64,000 bases of DNA, from the NCBI GenBank assembly GCA_963850305.1, contig CAWKKR010000006.1:1-64000 (forward strand). The letters run 5' to 3'. Source of the stretch: an uncultured delta proteobacterium. GTDB taxonomy: Bacteria; Myxococcota_A; Polyangia; Polyangiales; Polyangiaceae. How positions within the stretch are numbered: position 1 is the stretch's first letter; the number at the start of each line of letters is the position of its first letter. Both the position numbers and the translations under genes were made by a program. Shown here piece after piece: positions 1 to 10,875 of this stretch. The notes under the pieces are model-generated. The model saw nothing but the letters and a program-made list of their open reading frames with translations, searched no databases and had not been told where the DNA came from.

Positions 1-1767
1 CAAGATCTCCAACCCCACGGTGCTCGCTCGCGTTACCCGGGAAGAGCTCGAACAATTTTTGCGCGGCTACGGGTGGACGCCCTACTTCGTCGAGGGGCAT
101 GAGCCAAGGCTGATGCACGAGGCGATGGCCGGACACTCGACACGGCGGTGGAGCAGATCAAGCAAATCCACGAGGACGCGCGCGTCCACGGCAATCTCGA
201 GCGCCCGCGCTGGCCGATGATCGTCCTCAATTCGCCCAAAGGCTGGACGGGCCAAAGAAGGTGGACGGCCTGCAGATTGAAGGCACCTTCCGTGCGCACC
301 AGGTGCCGCTCTCCGATCCGGCCGCGCATCCCGAGCATCTCAAGCTGCTGGAAGACTGGCTAGGAGCTATCGGCCGGAGGAACTGTTCGATAAGCAGGGC
401 CGCTTGAAACCGGAGTTGGCCGAGCTTGCGCCCAAGGGCGACCGGCGCATGGGCGCCAATCCCCACGCCAACGGCGGCATCTGCTCCGCGACTTGCGGAT
501 GCCGGATTTCCGCGAGTACGCGGTGGCCGTGCCCACGCCGGGGGCGCGCGGCATCGGCGATACCCATGTGCTCGGGCGGTTTCTGCGCGATGTGGCAAAG
601 CTGAACGACGAGCAGCGGAATTTCCGGGTCTTCGGCCCCGACGAGACGCTCTCCAACGGCCTGGAAGCGCTCTTTGAAGTGACCAAGCGCCAGTGGGACG
701 CCGCGACCGTGCCGAACGACGAATTGCTCGCGCCGACCGGACGGGTGATGGAGATGCTCAGCGAGCACCAGTGCGAGGGCTGGCTCGAGGGATATCTGCT
801 CACCGGCCGACACGGGCTGTTCAATTGCTACGAAGCGTTCATTCACATCGTCGATTCGATGTTCAACCAGCACGCCAAGTGGCTCAAGGTCACGGCGCAC
901 CTGCCGTGGCGGCGTAAGATCGCCTCGCTCAACTATCTGCTGGCCTCGCACGTCTGGCGGCAGGACCACAACGGCTTCACGCACCAGGATCCCGGCTTCA
1001 TCGACCACGTCGTGAACAAGAAAGCCGAGGTCGTGCGCGTTTATCTTCCGCCGGACGCCAACTGCCTGCTGTCGGTGATGGACCATTGCCTGCGCAGCCG
1101 GCACTACGTCAACGTCGTCGTCGCGGGGAAACATCCGGCGCCGCAGTGGCTGACGATGGACGCCGCCGTCAAGCACTGCACCGAGGGCATCGGCATCTGG
1201 CAGTGGGCCAGCAACGACCAGGCCGTCGCGCCCGACGTGGTCATGGCCTGCTGCGGCGACGTGCCGACGCTCGAGACGCTCGCCGCCGTCTCCATCCTGC
1301 GCGAGCATCTGCCCGAACTGAAAATCCGCGTGGTCAACGTCGTCGACCTGATGAAGCTGCAGCCGCAGACCGAGCACCCGCACGGGCTTGAGCGACACGG
1401 ATTTCGACGAACTCTTCACCAAGGACAAGCCCGTGATCTTCGCGTTCCACGCCTATCCTTGGCTGATCCACCGACTGACCTACCGCCGCACGAACCACGA
1501 CAACATCCACGTGCGCGGCTACAAGGAAGAGGGCACGATCACGACGCCCTTCGACATGACGGTGCTGAACGATCTGGATCGCTTTCATCTCGTGATGGAC
1601 GCCATCGACCGCCTGCCGCAGACCGGGGACAAGGGCGTCTATCTGAAGCAGCAGCTCAAGGACAAGCTGGTCGAGCACAAGCAATACATCGACAAGAACG
1701 GGCAGGATTTGCCGGAGGTCCGGAACTGGAAGTGGACCTTGCCCTCACCTCAATCTACGGGGCGGCC

Positions 1768-1771
<4 letters not shown>
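1..1771 (+). CDS. xfp: Phosphoketolase (xylulose-5-P/fructose-6-P), 5' part outside the window, split over several frames
   Basis: Consecutive ORF fragments 20-220, 148-363, 493-~1390 and 1388-1771 give phosphoketolase motifs ([83 protein letters not shown]). The indels may be sequencing errors. Confidence 0.93.
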
Positions 1772-2789
<1,018 letters not shown>

Positions 2790-2793
<4 letters not shown>

Positions 2794-3146
2794 TCCCGAG
2801 CGGCGTGCAGGTGTTCGTGGCGCTCGAGCCGGTGGACATGCGCTGGTCGTTCGATCGACTCGCCGGGGCGGCGATCGAACGCATCGGCTACGACGCGCGC
2901 AGCGGGGCGCTGTTCATTTACTTCGGCAAACGGAGAGACGCGGTGAAGATCCTGTTCTTCGACGGCTCAGGAATGTGCCTGTTCTACAAACGTCTCGACC
3001 GAAAGGTATTCCGGCTCCCAGAAGCGTGCGCACCCGACGCCCGGCATGTGGAGCTCGACGAGGGTCTGCTCGATGCGCTGCTCGACGGCGTCGATCTCAC
3101 CGAGGGGCCGAAGCGAGCGCCCCGCTCGCGCGTACGCGTTCACTGA
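2790..3146 (+). CDS. tnpB: IS66 accessory protein TnpB
   Basis: PVDMRWSFDRL, GALFIYFGKRRDAVKILFFDGSGMCLFYKRL motif. Confidence 0.92.
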
Positions 3147-3259
3147 GCCCCGCTCGCGCGTGCGTGTGCGCGATGCCACCGATGATGCCGCGCTGCGCTT
3201 TTGCGTTTTTTACATTGGGGGATCGACAGATCGATCTCGCTTCTGTAAAGCAATGACGA

Positions 3260-5101
3260 GTGACCGCTGCGCAAACGGAGCCTTCATCGTCGCATGTGCA
3301 GGAGCTCGAGGCTCTGATCGGTCGCATGCAGAGCGAGCTCGCGGCGACGAGCGACCGGCTCGCGACGATCACTACCGAGCGCGACAATCTGCGGCGCGCC
3401 TACCGGCAGCTCATGGAGCAGTTCGAGCTCCTGCGTCGGCGGATCTTCGTCGCCAAGGCCGAGCGCGTCGACGCCACCCAGCTTGAGCTCGAGTTCGAGA
3501 AGACCAAGCAGAAGCTCGACGAGCTCGCCGCGAAGCTCGGTGCAACGGACGACGTCGTCGCCGCGGCTCCCGCCACTCAAGGGGACGCCGGCACTGCCGT
3601 GGGATCTCGTCCCGCCGGCAAGCCGCCGGCCGGACCCAAGAGCAAGCCCAGGGGACGCAGAAATCTCGCCGATGCCCACGACCTGATCCAGCGCCGCATC
3701 GAGATCCGCGACCCGGAACTCGAGCGCACAGGCATCTTCATCGGTTGGGAGGAGAGCTACAAGCTCGGTCACCAGCGCCCCGCACCTGTGCGCGTCGTCA
3801 TCGCGCGAGCCAAGTACAAGGTGTCCGTTGCGGAGAGCTCGAGCCCCAGGGATCCATCCAGGGATCCATCCCCCGACGTCACCCCCGTTGCTTTGTCGGC
3901 CGAAGGCGCCCCTTCGACCGAGCAAGCGGAGGCGCGCGTCACCATCGTCACGGCGCCGCTCCCACGCTTGCTCGTTCGTCGCGGGCTGCTCGCTCCGAGC
4001 ATGATCGCTCGCGTCATTGCGCTGAAGTTCCGCTTCGGCATGCCGTACTTCCGGCAGGAAGAGCAGCTCGCCGCCGACGGCATCGATCTCGATCGCGGCA
4101 CCATGGCTCGCACTGTCGAGGACGTCGGCGCTTCGCTCGGCCCCATCGTCCTCGCCACCGCCGATGACGCTCGCAAGAACGCCTTCTGTCTCTCGACCGA
4201 TGCCACCGGAGTCGCAATCCGCCCGGAGCCACTTCCAGACGGGCGGCGGCAAGCCTGCAAGAAAGGCCACTTCTTCGTCGTCCTCGCCGACAAGAAGCAC
4301 ATCTTTTTCGAGTACCAGGCCAAGCACACGAGCGCCGCCGTCTGCGAGATGTTCCGCGGCTTCTCCGGCTACGTCCAGGCCGACGCTCATGCCATCTACG
4401 ACGCGCTCTTCCGCGGCGACGCCGTTGATGACGCGAAGGAAGCGCCCACCGAGGTTGCCTGCTGGTCGCATCTGAGAAGACGGTTCTGGGAAGCAGCCGT
4501 CTGCGGCTTCCTCGTCGGTCGCGAGGGGCTCCTGCGGATCCGCAAACTCTACGGCCTCGATCAGGCTTGGGCTGATCTGCCTCCCGCCGCTCGACTCGAG
4601 AAGCGTAGGGTCGTGCTCAAGCCCTTCGTCGACGAGTTCTTCGAGTGGGCTCGCGCGCAAAACGACCTCACGAGCCTCGAGCGCGGCGTCGTCAACAAGG
4701 CTCTCGGCTACGCCCTCAGACAAGAGCTCGCCCTCCGTCGCTTCCTCGAAGATGGAAGGCTTCGCATGGACAATAACCAGAGTGAAAATGCCCTGCGCGT
4801 CGTCGCTTCTGGCAGAAAAGCCTGGTTGTTCTTCGGCTCCGACGACCACGCCGAGGCCGCCGCCAACCTCTATTCCCTCATCGCCGGCTGTAAGCTCCAC
4901 GGCATCGACCCCGAGCGCTACCTCGCCGAGGTGATCCGCGTCATGCCGTACTGGCCCCGCGATCGCTACCTCGAGCTTGCTCCCGCCTACTGGGCTTGCA
5001 CTCGCGAACGCCTCGACCCGGCGGAGCTCGCCCTCGAGCTCGGCCACGTCACCGTCCCGCCGGCTTCGCCGGACACGGCCGAGCAATCGTCCACGGGCTG
5101 A
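3260..5101 (+). CDS. tnpC: IS66 DDE transposase TnpC
   Basis: Leucine-zipper N-terminus, then STDATG, YVQADAH, ACWSHLRRRF, MDNNQSENALR, GRKAWLFFGSD, YSLIAGCKLHGIDP. Confidence 0.95.
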   Translation: MTAAQTEPSSSHVQELEALIGRMQSELAATSDRLATITTERDNLRRAYRQLMEQFELLRRRIFVAKAERVDATQLELEFEKTKQKLDELAAKLGATDDVVAAAPATQGDAGTAVGSRPAGKPPAGPKSKPRGRRNLADAHDLIQRRIEIRDPELERTGIFIGWEESYKLGHQRPAPVRVVIARAKYKVSVAESSSPRDPSRDPSPDVTPVALSAEGAPSTEQAEARVTIVTAPLPRLLVRRGLLAPSMIARVIALKFRFGMPYFRQEEQLAADGIDLDRGTMARTVEDVGASLGPIVLATADDARKNAFCLSTDATGVAIRPEPLPDGRRQACKKGHFFVVLADKKHIFFEYQAKHTSAAVCEMFRGFSGYVQADAHAIYDALFRGDAVDDAKEAPTEVACWSHLRRRFWEAAVCGFLVGREGLLRIRKLYGLDQAWADLPPAARLEKRRVVLKPFVDEFFEWARAQNDLTSLERGVVNKALGYALRQELALRRFLEDGRLRMDNNQSENALRVVASGRKAWLFFGSDDHAEAAANLYSLIAGCKLHGIDPERYLAEVIRVMPYWPRDRYLELAPAYWACTRERLDPAELALELGHVTVPPASPDTAEQSSTG

Positions 5102-5214
5102 AGTCGCACGCTCCGTCACCCCGCGACTATCGCGTCTGAAGTGGACCCCAAAATTCGGACCAGCAGCTAAGGTGGTGTAGGTGGCGCCTGCTCCTCGAAA
5201 AAGGAGCAGAAATC

Positions 5215-5499
5215 ATGAAAAGCACCCGCACCCGTCACAGCGCAGCATTCAAGGCCAAGGTGGCGCTGGCCGCCATCCGTGAGCAAGAGACTGTCCCGCA
5301 GCTCTCCCGACGCCACGGGGTCCATGCCAACCAGATCTACAAGTGGAAGAAGGAGTTCCTGGAGCGAGCATCGACCGTGTTCGAGCGTGGCAGCGAGCCC
5401 GGTGGCGGCACGGAGCGTGAGGACGAGCTGCTGAAGAAGATCGGCGAGCTGACGGTAGAACGCGATTTTTTATCGCACGGGCTCGAGCGACGTCGCTGA
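5215..5499 (+). CDS. IS3 transposase OrfA
   Basis: HSAAFKAKVALAA...HGVHANQIYKWKK...[15 protein letters not shown]. Confidence 0.92.
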   Translation: MKSTRTRHSAAFKAKVALAAIREQETVPQLSRRHGVHANQIYKWKKEFLERASTVFERGSEPGGGTEREDELLKKIGELTVERDFLSHGLERRR

Positions 5500-6334
5500 A
5501 GGAGCGTCGAGCCATGATCCAGAGTCAGGAACAGATTTCCATCCGGCGACAGTGCGAGCTTCTCGGCGTCGGTCGCTCCGGCCTGTACTAGAGCCGGTGC
5601 GCACCAGCCGCGAGGAACTTGCTCTCATGCGGCGCATCGACGAACTCCACCTCCGGTGGCCGTTCTACGGGAGCCGCAAGCTCTGTGCGAGTCTGCACAC
5701 CGAGGGGGTCGACGTGAACCGGAAGCACATGCAGCGTCTGATGACGCTCATGGGGCTCGTGTCGGTCGCGCCGAAGCCTCGTACGAGCGAGCCCAGCCCC
5801 GAGCACCCGGTCTACCCGTACCTGCTCAGGAACCGCGTTATTTCCAGGCCGAACGAGGTGTGGGCGGCCGACATCACGTACATCCCCATGGCCCTCGGTT
5901 TCGCGTATCTCGTCGCCATCATCGACTGGTTCAGCCGCCGCGTGCTCGCGTGGCGGCTGTCGAACACGATGGAGTCGAGCTTCTGCGTCGAGGCCCTCCA
6001 GGAGGCGCTCAGCCGCTTCCAGAAGCCCGACATCTTCAACACCGACCAGGGCTCGCAGTTCACGGCGGACTCGTTCACGAAGGTCCTGCGGGGGGCCGGA
6101 ATCGCCATCAGCATGGACGGCCGGGGGCGCTGTATCGACAACGTTTTCGTCGAGCGCGTCTGGAGGTCGCTCAAGTACGAGGAAGTCTTCCTGCACGCCT
6201 ACGACGACCTCGGCGAGGCCCGTACCGGCATCAGGCGCTACTTCCATTTCTACAACTTCGAACGCCCGCACCAGGCGCTCGGCTACCAGACACCCGATGT
6301 GTTCTATCGCGGTGTCGCCCACAGGGCAGCGTGA
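5472..6334 (+). CDS. IS3 transposase OrfB (DDE), with a 1-nt frameshift near 5589
   Basis: [18 protein letters not shown], stop, then the other frame gives [56 protein letters not shown]. Confidence 0.9.
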
Positions 6335-6593
6335 TGTTGTCCCCAGCTTCCGGAGTGTCCACACAAGTTGTCAGTCTCCCCCTGGACCCCCTCAGCACGC
6401 GTTCTGCAACGTCATGGCTACTTTCGATGATCGAAGCGTCGTTCCGGTTGACGACCACGACGACGTTGTGTTCTCTGGTGATCTCAGACCCGAGCAGGCT
6501 CCACCTTACGCCACCCTGCTGATGGTCCGAAGGATCGGGTCCCCCTCAGTCAGCCGATCGCCCCTTCAACAACGGGGTCCGCGCACCGGATAC

Positions 6594-7138
6594 ACTTCCC
6601 GCTTAAGCGGGTACCGGGCTACGTCGTCGCTCAATTCGCGGGCGGGTGCGTGGCTACGCTCCTACTGGTCGCACTGATCGGCGCGCACGGGACCGCGGGG
6701 CTCACGCTTCCCGGTCCCTCGATCAGCCCGACCACCGCGATGCTGTGGGAAATGGTGCTTACCGTCGGGCTCGTCAGCGTGATCCTCGGCAGCGCGTCGG
6801 GTTCACAGAACGTTGGTCCGATGAACGCCATGGCCGTCGCTGGGTACATCGCGCTCGCCGGCTTGTGGGCCGCGCCGATCAGTGGCGCGTCGATGAACAC
6901 CGCGCGCTCACTCGGGCCCGCGCTCGTCTTGGGCGAGAGCCGGGCGTGGTGGGCGTATCTCGTCGGCCCGATGTCTGGCTCAATCATTGCCGTCGGGATC
7001 GCCTACCTGCTTCGAGGACGAGGCGGTGGGTACTACGGCAAGAGTGCGGCGCAGGGCGGCCTCGGGTCGCTGTGGTTCCCCGGCCCGATCGAGCAGCGGA
7101 CCACTGCGTCGAGTCAATGTCCCGCTGAAAGGGTACAA
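6594..7138 (+). pseudogene. MIP/aquaporin family channel, 5' part missing
   Basis: Starts at the IS66 right end with FPLKRVPGYVVAQFAGG; contains PISGASMNTARSLGPA (second NPA-box region) and WWAYLVGP; the first NPA box is absent. Confidence 0.85.
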
Positions 7139-8185
7139 ATGCCAATCTCAGCAGTAGCCCAAGTGACGAATCCAAGACTCGCTGAAACCGCAAAAGCGCT
7201 CATCGCGGGTGACAAGGGGCTTCTGGCGATGGATGAAAGTAATCCAACTTGTAACGAGCGTTTTGCGGCGTTGGGGATCCCGCAAAGGGAAGAGACCCGC
7301 CGGGCCTACCGGGAGCTGCTCGTGACGACTCCCAGGCTCAGCGAGTGCATCAGCGGCGCGATCCTTTGTGACGAGACGATCCGGCAACAGAAAAGAGATG
7401 GCACTCCCTTCGTAAACGTTCTCACCAGCGCGGGCATCATTCCCGGCATCAAAGTGGACACCGGTTCGGGAGCGATGGCCGGTCATCCTGGAGAACACAT
7501 CACAGAAGGTCTCGATGGCTTGCGCGCGCGCCTGGCTGAATACTCTCGAATGGGCGCCCGCTTTGCCAAGTGGCGCGCTGTGATCGCCCTTGGCGATGGC
7601 CTTCCGAGCCGCGGTTGCGTCGAAGCCAGCGCCCACACGTTGGCTCGCTATGCGGCGCTGTGCCAGGAAGCGGGGCTTGTCCCGATCGTCGAGCCGGAAG
7701 TGCTCATGGAGGGCGATCATGGGCTGGAGCGGTGCTATGAGGTAACGGAGCAGGTACTGCGAACGGTTTTCCTCCAGCTTTACCGACAACGGGTCAAGTT
7801 GGAGGGCTTGCTCCTGAAGCCCAATATGGTGCTCCCTGGCTTGACCTGCCCTGCGCAAGCATCGGTGGACGAGGTTGCTGACGCCACGGTGAGCTGTCTC
7901 CTGCGAGCCGTTCCCGCCGCCGTTCCGGGGATTACCTTTCTATCGGGAGGCCAGTCCCCTGAACTGGCCTCCGCTCGCCTAAATGCCATGAACGTTCGCT
8001 TCAAGACGAGACTGCCTTGGCCGTTGGCGTTTTCGTTCGCCCGCGCAATTCAGCAGCCGGCATTGGAGATGTGGCGTGGTGAGGAAGCTCGCGTGCCGGC
8101 AGCACAGCGAGCTTTGTTTCATCGAGCCAAGTGCAACCAGGCCGCTCGCCGAGGCGACTACACTGCGGAATTGGAGACCAATTGA
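7139..8185 (+). CDS. Fructose-bisphosphate aldolase class I
   Basis: KGLLAMDES, GIIPGIKVD, TEGLDGL, ARFAKWR, GLVPIVEPEV, LLKPNMV, FLSGGQS, FSFARAIQ; GAAAGGG RBS-like sequence before ATG 7139. Confidence 0.95.
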   Translation: MPISAVAQVTNPRLAETAKALIAGDKGLLAMDESNPTCNERFAALGIPQREETRRAYRELLVTTPRLSECISGAILCDETIRQQKRDGTPFVNVLTSAGIIPGIKVDTGSGAMAGHPGEHITEGLDGLRARLAEYSRMGARFAKWRAVIALGDGLPSRGCVEASAHTLARYAALCQEAGLVPIVEPEVLMEGDHGLERCYEVTEQVLRTVFLQLYRQRVKLEGLLLKPNMVLPGLTCPAQASVDEVADATVSCLLRAVPAAVPGITFLSGGQSPELASARLNAMNVRFKTRLPWPLAFSFARAIQQPALEMWRGEEARVPAAQRALFHRAKCNQAARRGDYTAELETN

Positions 8186-8261
8186 CGTAGACTCCGAATG
8201 GGCCCAGTGGCCCGGGCCAGATTGGCCCGGAGCCACTCGACCAGCCGTCGCTTCTCGTGCG

Positions 8262-8510
8262 TCACGCCACCTTCTCGCGCAGGCTCTCCATCACCTCCGC
8301 GTGCTTCCGGATGGCCGCGACGACCTGGCTCCGGTTCTCGTCGGTGACGCCCTCCTTCACGAGCGCCTCGGCGTTGCCGTGGTAGCGCTCCCACGCGCGG
8401 TCGAGCGCGACCAGCGGATCGCTCGGCCGGCGCGGCGGCTTGCTGAGGCCCCAGAACGTGAACCCGTTCTGGGTCTTGTTGGTGAGCCCGAGGTCCTTCG
8501 CCGCCGCCAT
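8262..8510 (-). pseudogene. Small protein fragment with a DUF2924/RAMA-like motif, probably 5' truncated
   Basis: AAAKDLGLTNKTQNGFTFWGL resembles the NG(W/F/P)xF(W/F)GL motif; begins right at the putative IS91 oriIS end. Confidence 0.35.
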
Positions 8511-8512
8511 CG

Positions 8513-10849
8513 GAGATCAGGTCCTCCAAACCCGTCCTGGCCGTCCCCCGCCGGTCCCCGCCGTCTCCGCGCCGGGCTTGAGCCGTCAACGCCGGGGATT
8601 TCCCGTATAATGTGACCAATTCCAACGGCCCTGGACGCTCCTCCGCGCCGGGGTCGCTCGGGTGAGCTCCTGCTGGCTGGCCGCTGACTCACTGCGTCAC
8701 CAGTCGTCGGGCGAGGGCGGGTCGAAGTCGTCGGTGGGGGACCGGGCGCGGGCGACCATGGGAGCGGCGAGATCGAGGCCGAGCTCCCTGAGAAGGTGGC
8801 GAGCGCGGTCGGCCTCCGTCACGAGCTCCACGAACTTCAGGCGGCCGCCACACGGACACGCCAGAGCATCGACGTCGTGAACGCGTTTTAGGAGCGTCGC
8901 CCAGTCGATCCTCCAGGCTCCCGACGTGTAACGCGCCTTCCCGGGCTCGAACGGCGCGCGCTTCGGTGAAGCGAAGAGGCGTGCCGGGTCGAGCACCGCT
9001 TCCGTTGCGGCGAGCGGCACAGGAAGACGGGGCGCGTCGATCCGCTGCTCTCCTTCCGCCGCCATGGCCCTTGGCTTTTCGACCACCGGGATGGACGGTG
9101 GCTCGGTCACCGCAGACCCGACACTCCCGACCACCTCGGTGGTCGTTGCACACGCCTGCCCGTTCGCCGCATCGGCGACCGCAGGCTCTGGCACCACGCT
9201 CTTCCTCCACGAGGAGTGCGGGCCGAGGACGCCATGGAATCGTAGTAGCGGATGACGCGGCGGTGGAATCAAAGCCGAAAGGCGCGCGAGCAGCTCGACC
9301 GGATCCATCACGCGGTGGGTTTCGCCGCGACGCCATGGGCGTTGCAGTCGGTATGCAACGCGGCCGTCGCGCGTCATCGAGAGCCGCTCCAGGCTGAGCG
9401 GAGCTCGCGTGCAATAGCGGAGCAGCTTCTCTCGGCCAGCCCGATCGTGTGCTTCGATGCGGACGCCCGCGTGCAGGTTGAAGCCGAGCGACTCGGTGCC
9501 GTACTTGCCCTTGGATTTGCGGGGCGCGGTGGCGTCACCGTCGCCGCCGGGTTGCACGAGCTCGGCGAGCCCTCGGGCGTCGAGCCGGACGAGCCCCTTC
9601 TGGCTGAGCGACGTGCTCACGCAGGCGTCCATCGCACTCGGGTCCGTCGACTCTACCCGTTCATGGTTGTATTCGGCGAGCAGTCCCTTCCGACGAAGCC
9701 AGGCGACGAGCCGCTTGTAGACGCGCTCGATCACGTCCCCGAGCGCGAACGAGTCGGGCGCTGGAACGGCGTGGAACGTCGCGCGCTGGTCCTCGTCGTG
9801 GCGCGTGAACACCCCGTCGATGACGGCGGCGTGGACGTGGCAGTTCAAGTTCAACGCGCCACCGAAACGGTGCTGCACCGAGACGGCGCCGCCCTGACCG
9901 TCCGAGATGCCGATCTCGACCGCCCTCCGCCGGTACCACGCGAGCGTCTCCTCCATGAAGATGCCGGTCAGCGCCGTGAACGCCTGCGCGTTCGATGCCA
10001 GCAAGAATCTCAGTTCGAACGGAACGCTCAGCACCCACTGACGGACGGGAGCGTCCGGGAGAACTCGATCCGTCAAATGCGCAGCGGAATTACACATTCG
10101 CCTCGCGTTGCAGGATGGGCACAGCCCCCTCATCTTGCATGAAAAGGCCACGACGATCTGCCGGTGACACATGCCGCATTCGGCACGTCCGAATCCATGC
10201 GCCAAGATCCCGCAGCGCAGGTAAGCGCGCAGCTCTCGCTCGACGTACTTCGGAAGCGGGCGATCGTGCCTCTCGCGGGATTCGGCGAGGAACGTCTCTA
10301 GGTGCTCGGCGACCAGCCTGTAAAGCAACGTCTCTTCGGGTCGGTGGCGCTCGTAGCCACGTTGCCGGCGGTCGACGGAAGACCCCGCGAGGTCGGGCAC
10401 GACCGGTCTCGACAGCGAGGACCGGGCCATGAACGAAGGTCAGCGATTCCCCCGTGTCTCGGGTGCCCTGACGGTGGCCAACGCCGGGGTCGCGATGGCG
10501 AGCCGCCACGACGACCTCGGAGAAAGTCGTCGCGCGCCAGCTCGGAGACGGTGGCGAACTGAGCGAGGGCGGGATCGCGCTCGGTGAGAATCGTCGTCGG
10601 AGACGGCTTCCCGCGATGCTGTCGTGCCAACCCTTGCGCTCGACGACGCGGCGCGGGCGACGCCGCCTCGGAAAAGACAACCGACCACGAAGATGGACGC
10701 GGCGCCAAACCGAACGCCTCGGAATTGCTCCATTGCCTGCCAAACGTTGGTCGTGACGACGCTCGCGCTGCGGCGTGCGATGCAACTCGTGCAACGCAGG
10801 CGTCGACCGTCGCAGTGCCCGCAGGCATCCGGTGACCCCTATCCATAGG
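8513..10849 (-). mobile_element. IS91/ISCR-family rolling-circle transposable element (ends approximate)
   Basis: Encodes an HUH transposase. Candidate oriIS GGGTTTG-GAGGA-CCTGATC lies downstream of tnp (8515-8533, minus strand); CCTAT-CC-ATAGG palindrome at 10838-10849 lies upstream. Confidence 0.6.
8697..10430 (-). CDS. IS91-family transposase (Zn-binding domain + HUH/Y2 domain)
   Basis: YLRCGILAHGF..C..C, FSCKMRGLCPSC, RQWVLSVP, HRFGGALNLNCHVH (HUH), GFNLHAGV, LLRYCTRAP, IPPPRHPLLRFHGV. Confidence 0.93.
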   Translation of the reverse strand: MARSSLSRPVVPDLAGSSVDRRQRGYERHRPEETLLYRLVAEHLETFLAESRERHDRPLPKYVERELRAYLRCGILAHGFGRAECGMCHRQIVVAFSCKMRGLCPSCNARRMCNSAAHLTDRVLPDAPVRQWVLSVPFELRFLLASNAQAFTALTGIFMEETLAWYRRRAVEIGISDGQGGAVSVQHRFGGALNLNCHVHAAVIDGVFTRHDEDQRATFHAVPAPDSFALGDVIERVYKRLVAWLRRKGLLAEYNHERVESTDPSAMDACVSTSLSQKGLVRLDARGLAELVQPGGDGDATAPRKSKGKYGTESLGFNLHAGVRIEAHDRAGREKLLRYCTRAPLSLERLSMTRDGRVAYRLQRPWRRGETHRVMDPVELLARLSALIPPPRHPLLRFHGVLGPHSSWRKSVVPEPAVADAANGQACATTTEVVGSVGSAVTEPPSIPVVEKPRAMAAEGEQRIDAPRLPVPLAATEAVLDPARLFASPKRAPFEPGKARYTSGAWRIDWATLLKRVHDVDALACPCGGRLKFVELVTEADRARHLLRELGLDLAAPMVARARSPTDDFDPPSPDDW

Positions 10850-10875
10850 CGCTGAGTGGACGTATCATTCAGCCC

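Larger units (their letters stand above)
5137..6548 (+). mobile_element. IS3-family insertion sequence
   Basis: TG...CA ends, 26-bp imperfect IRs (20/26) at 5137-5162 and 6523-6548, 3-bp target duplication GTC (5134-5136 and 6549-6551), orfA/orfB with a T6 slippery run at 5466-5471. Confidence 0.92.

Noticed and set aside
3284..5119. Long antisense ORFs (also 33090-35210, 34069-36039, 54304-56388 and others)
   Set aside because: Shadow ORFs of high-GC coding genes on the opposite strand or frame, with no motifs.
8196..8240. TGGCCCGG repeats as the far att end of the tRNA element
   Set aside because: No tRNA-derived core nearby, and the motif differs from the repeats beside the tRNA.
8600..8627. 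dif/pdif site (TTCCCGTATAA TGTGAC...)
   Set aside because: Only the XerC-like half resembles dif; there is no TTATGTTAAAT-like XerD arm.
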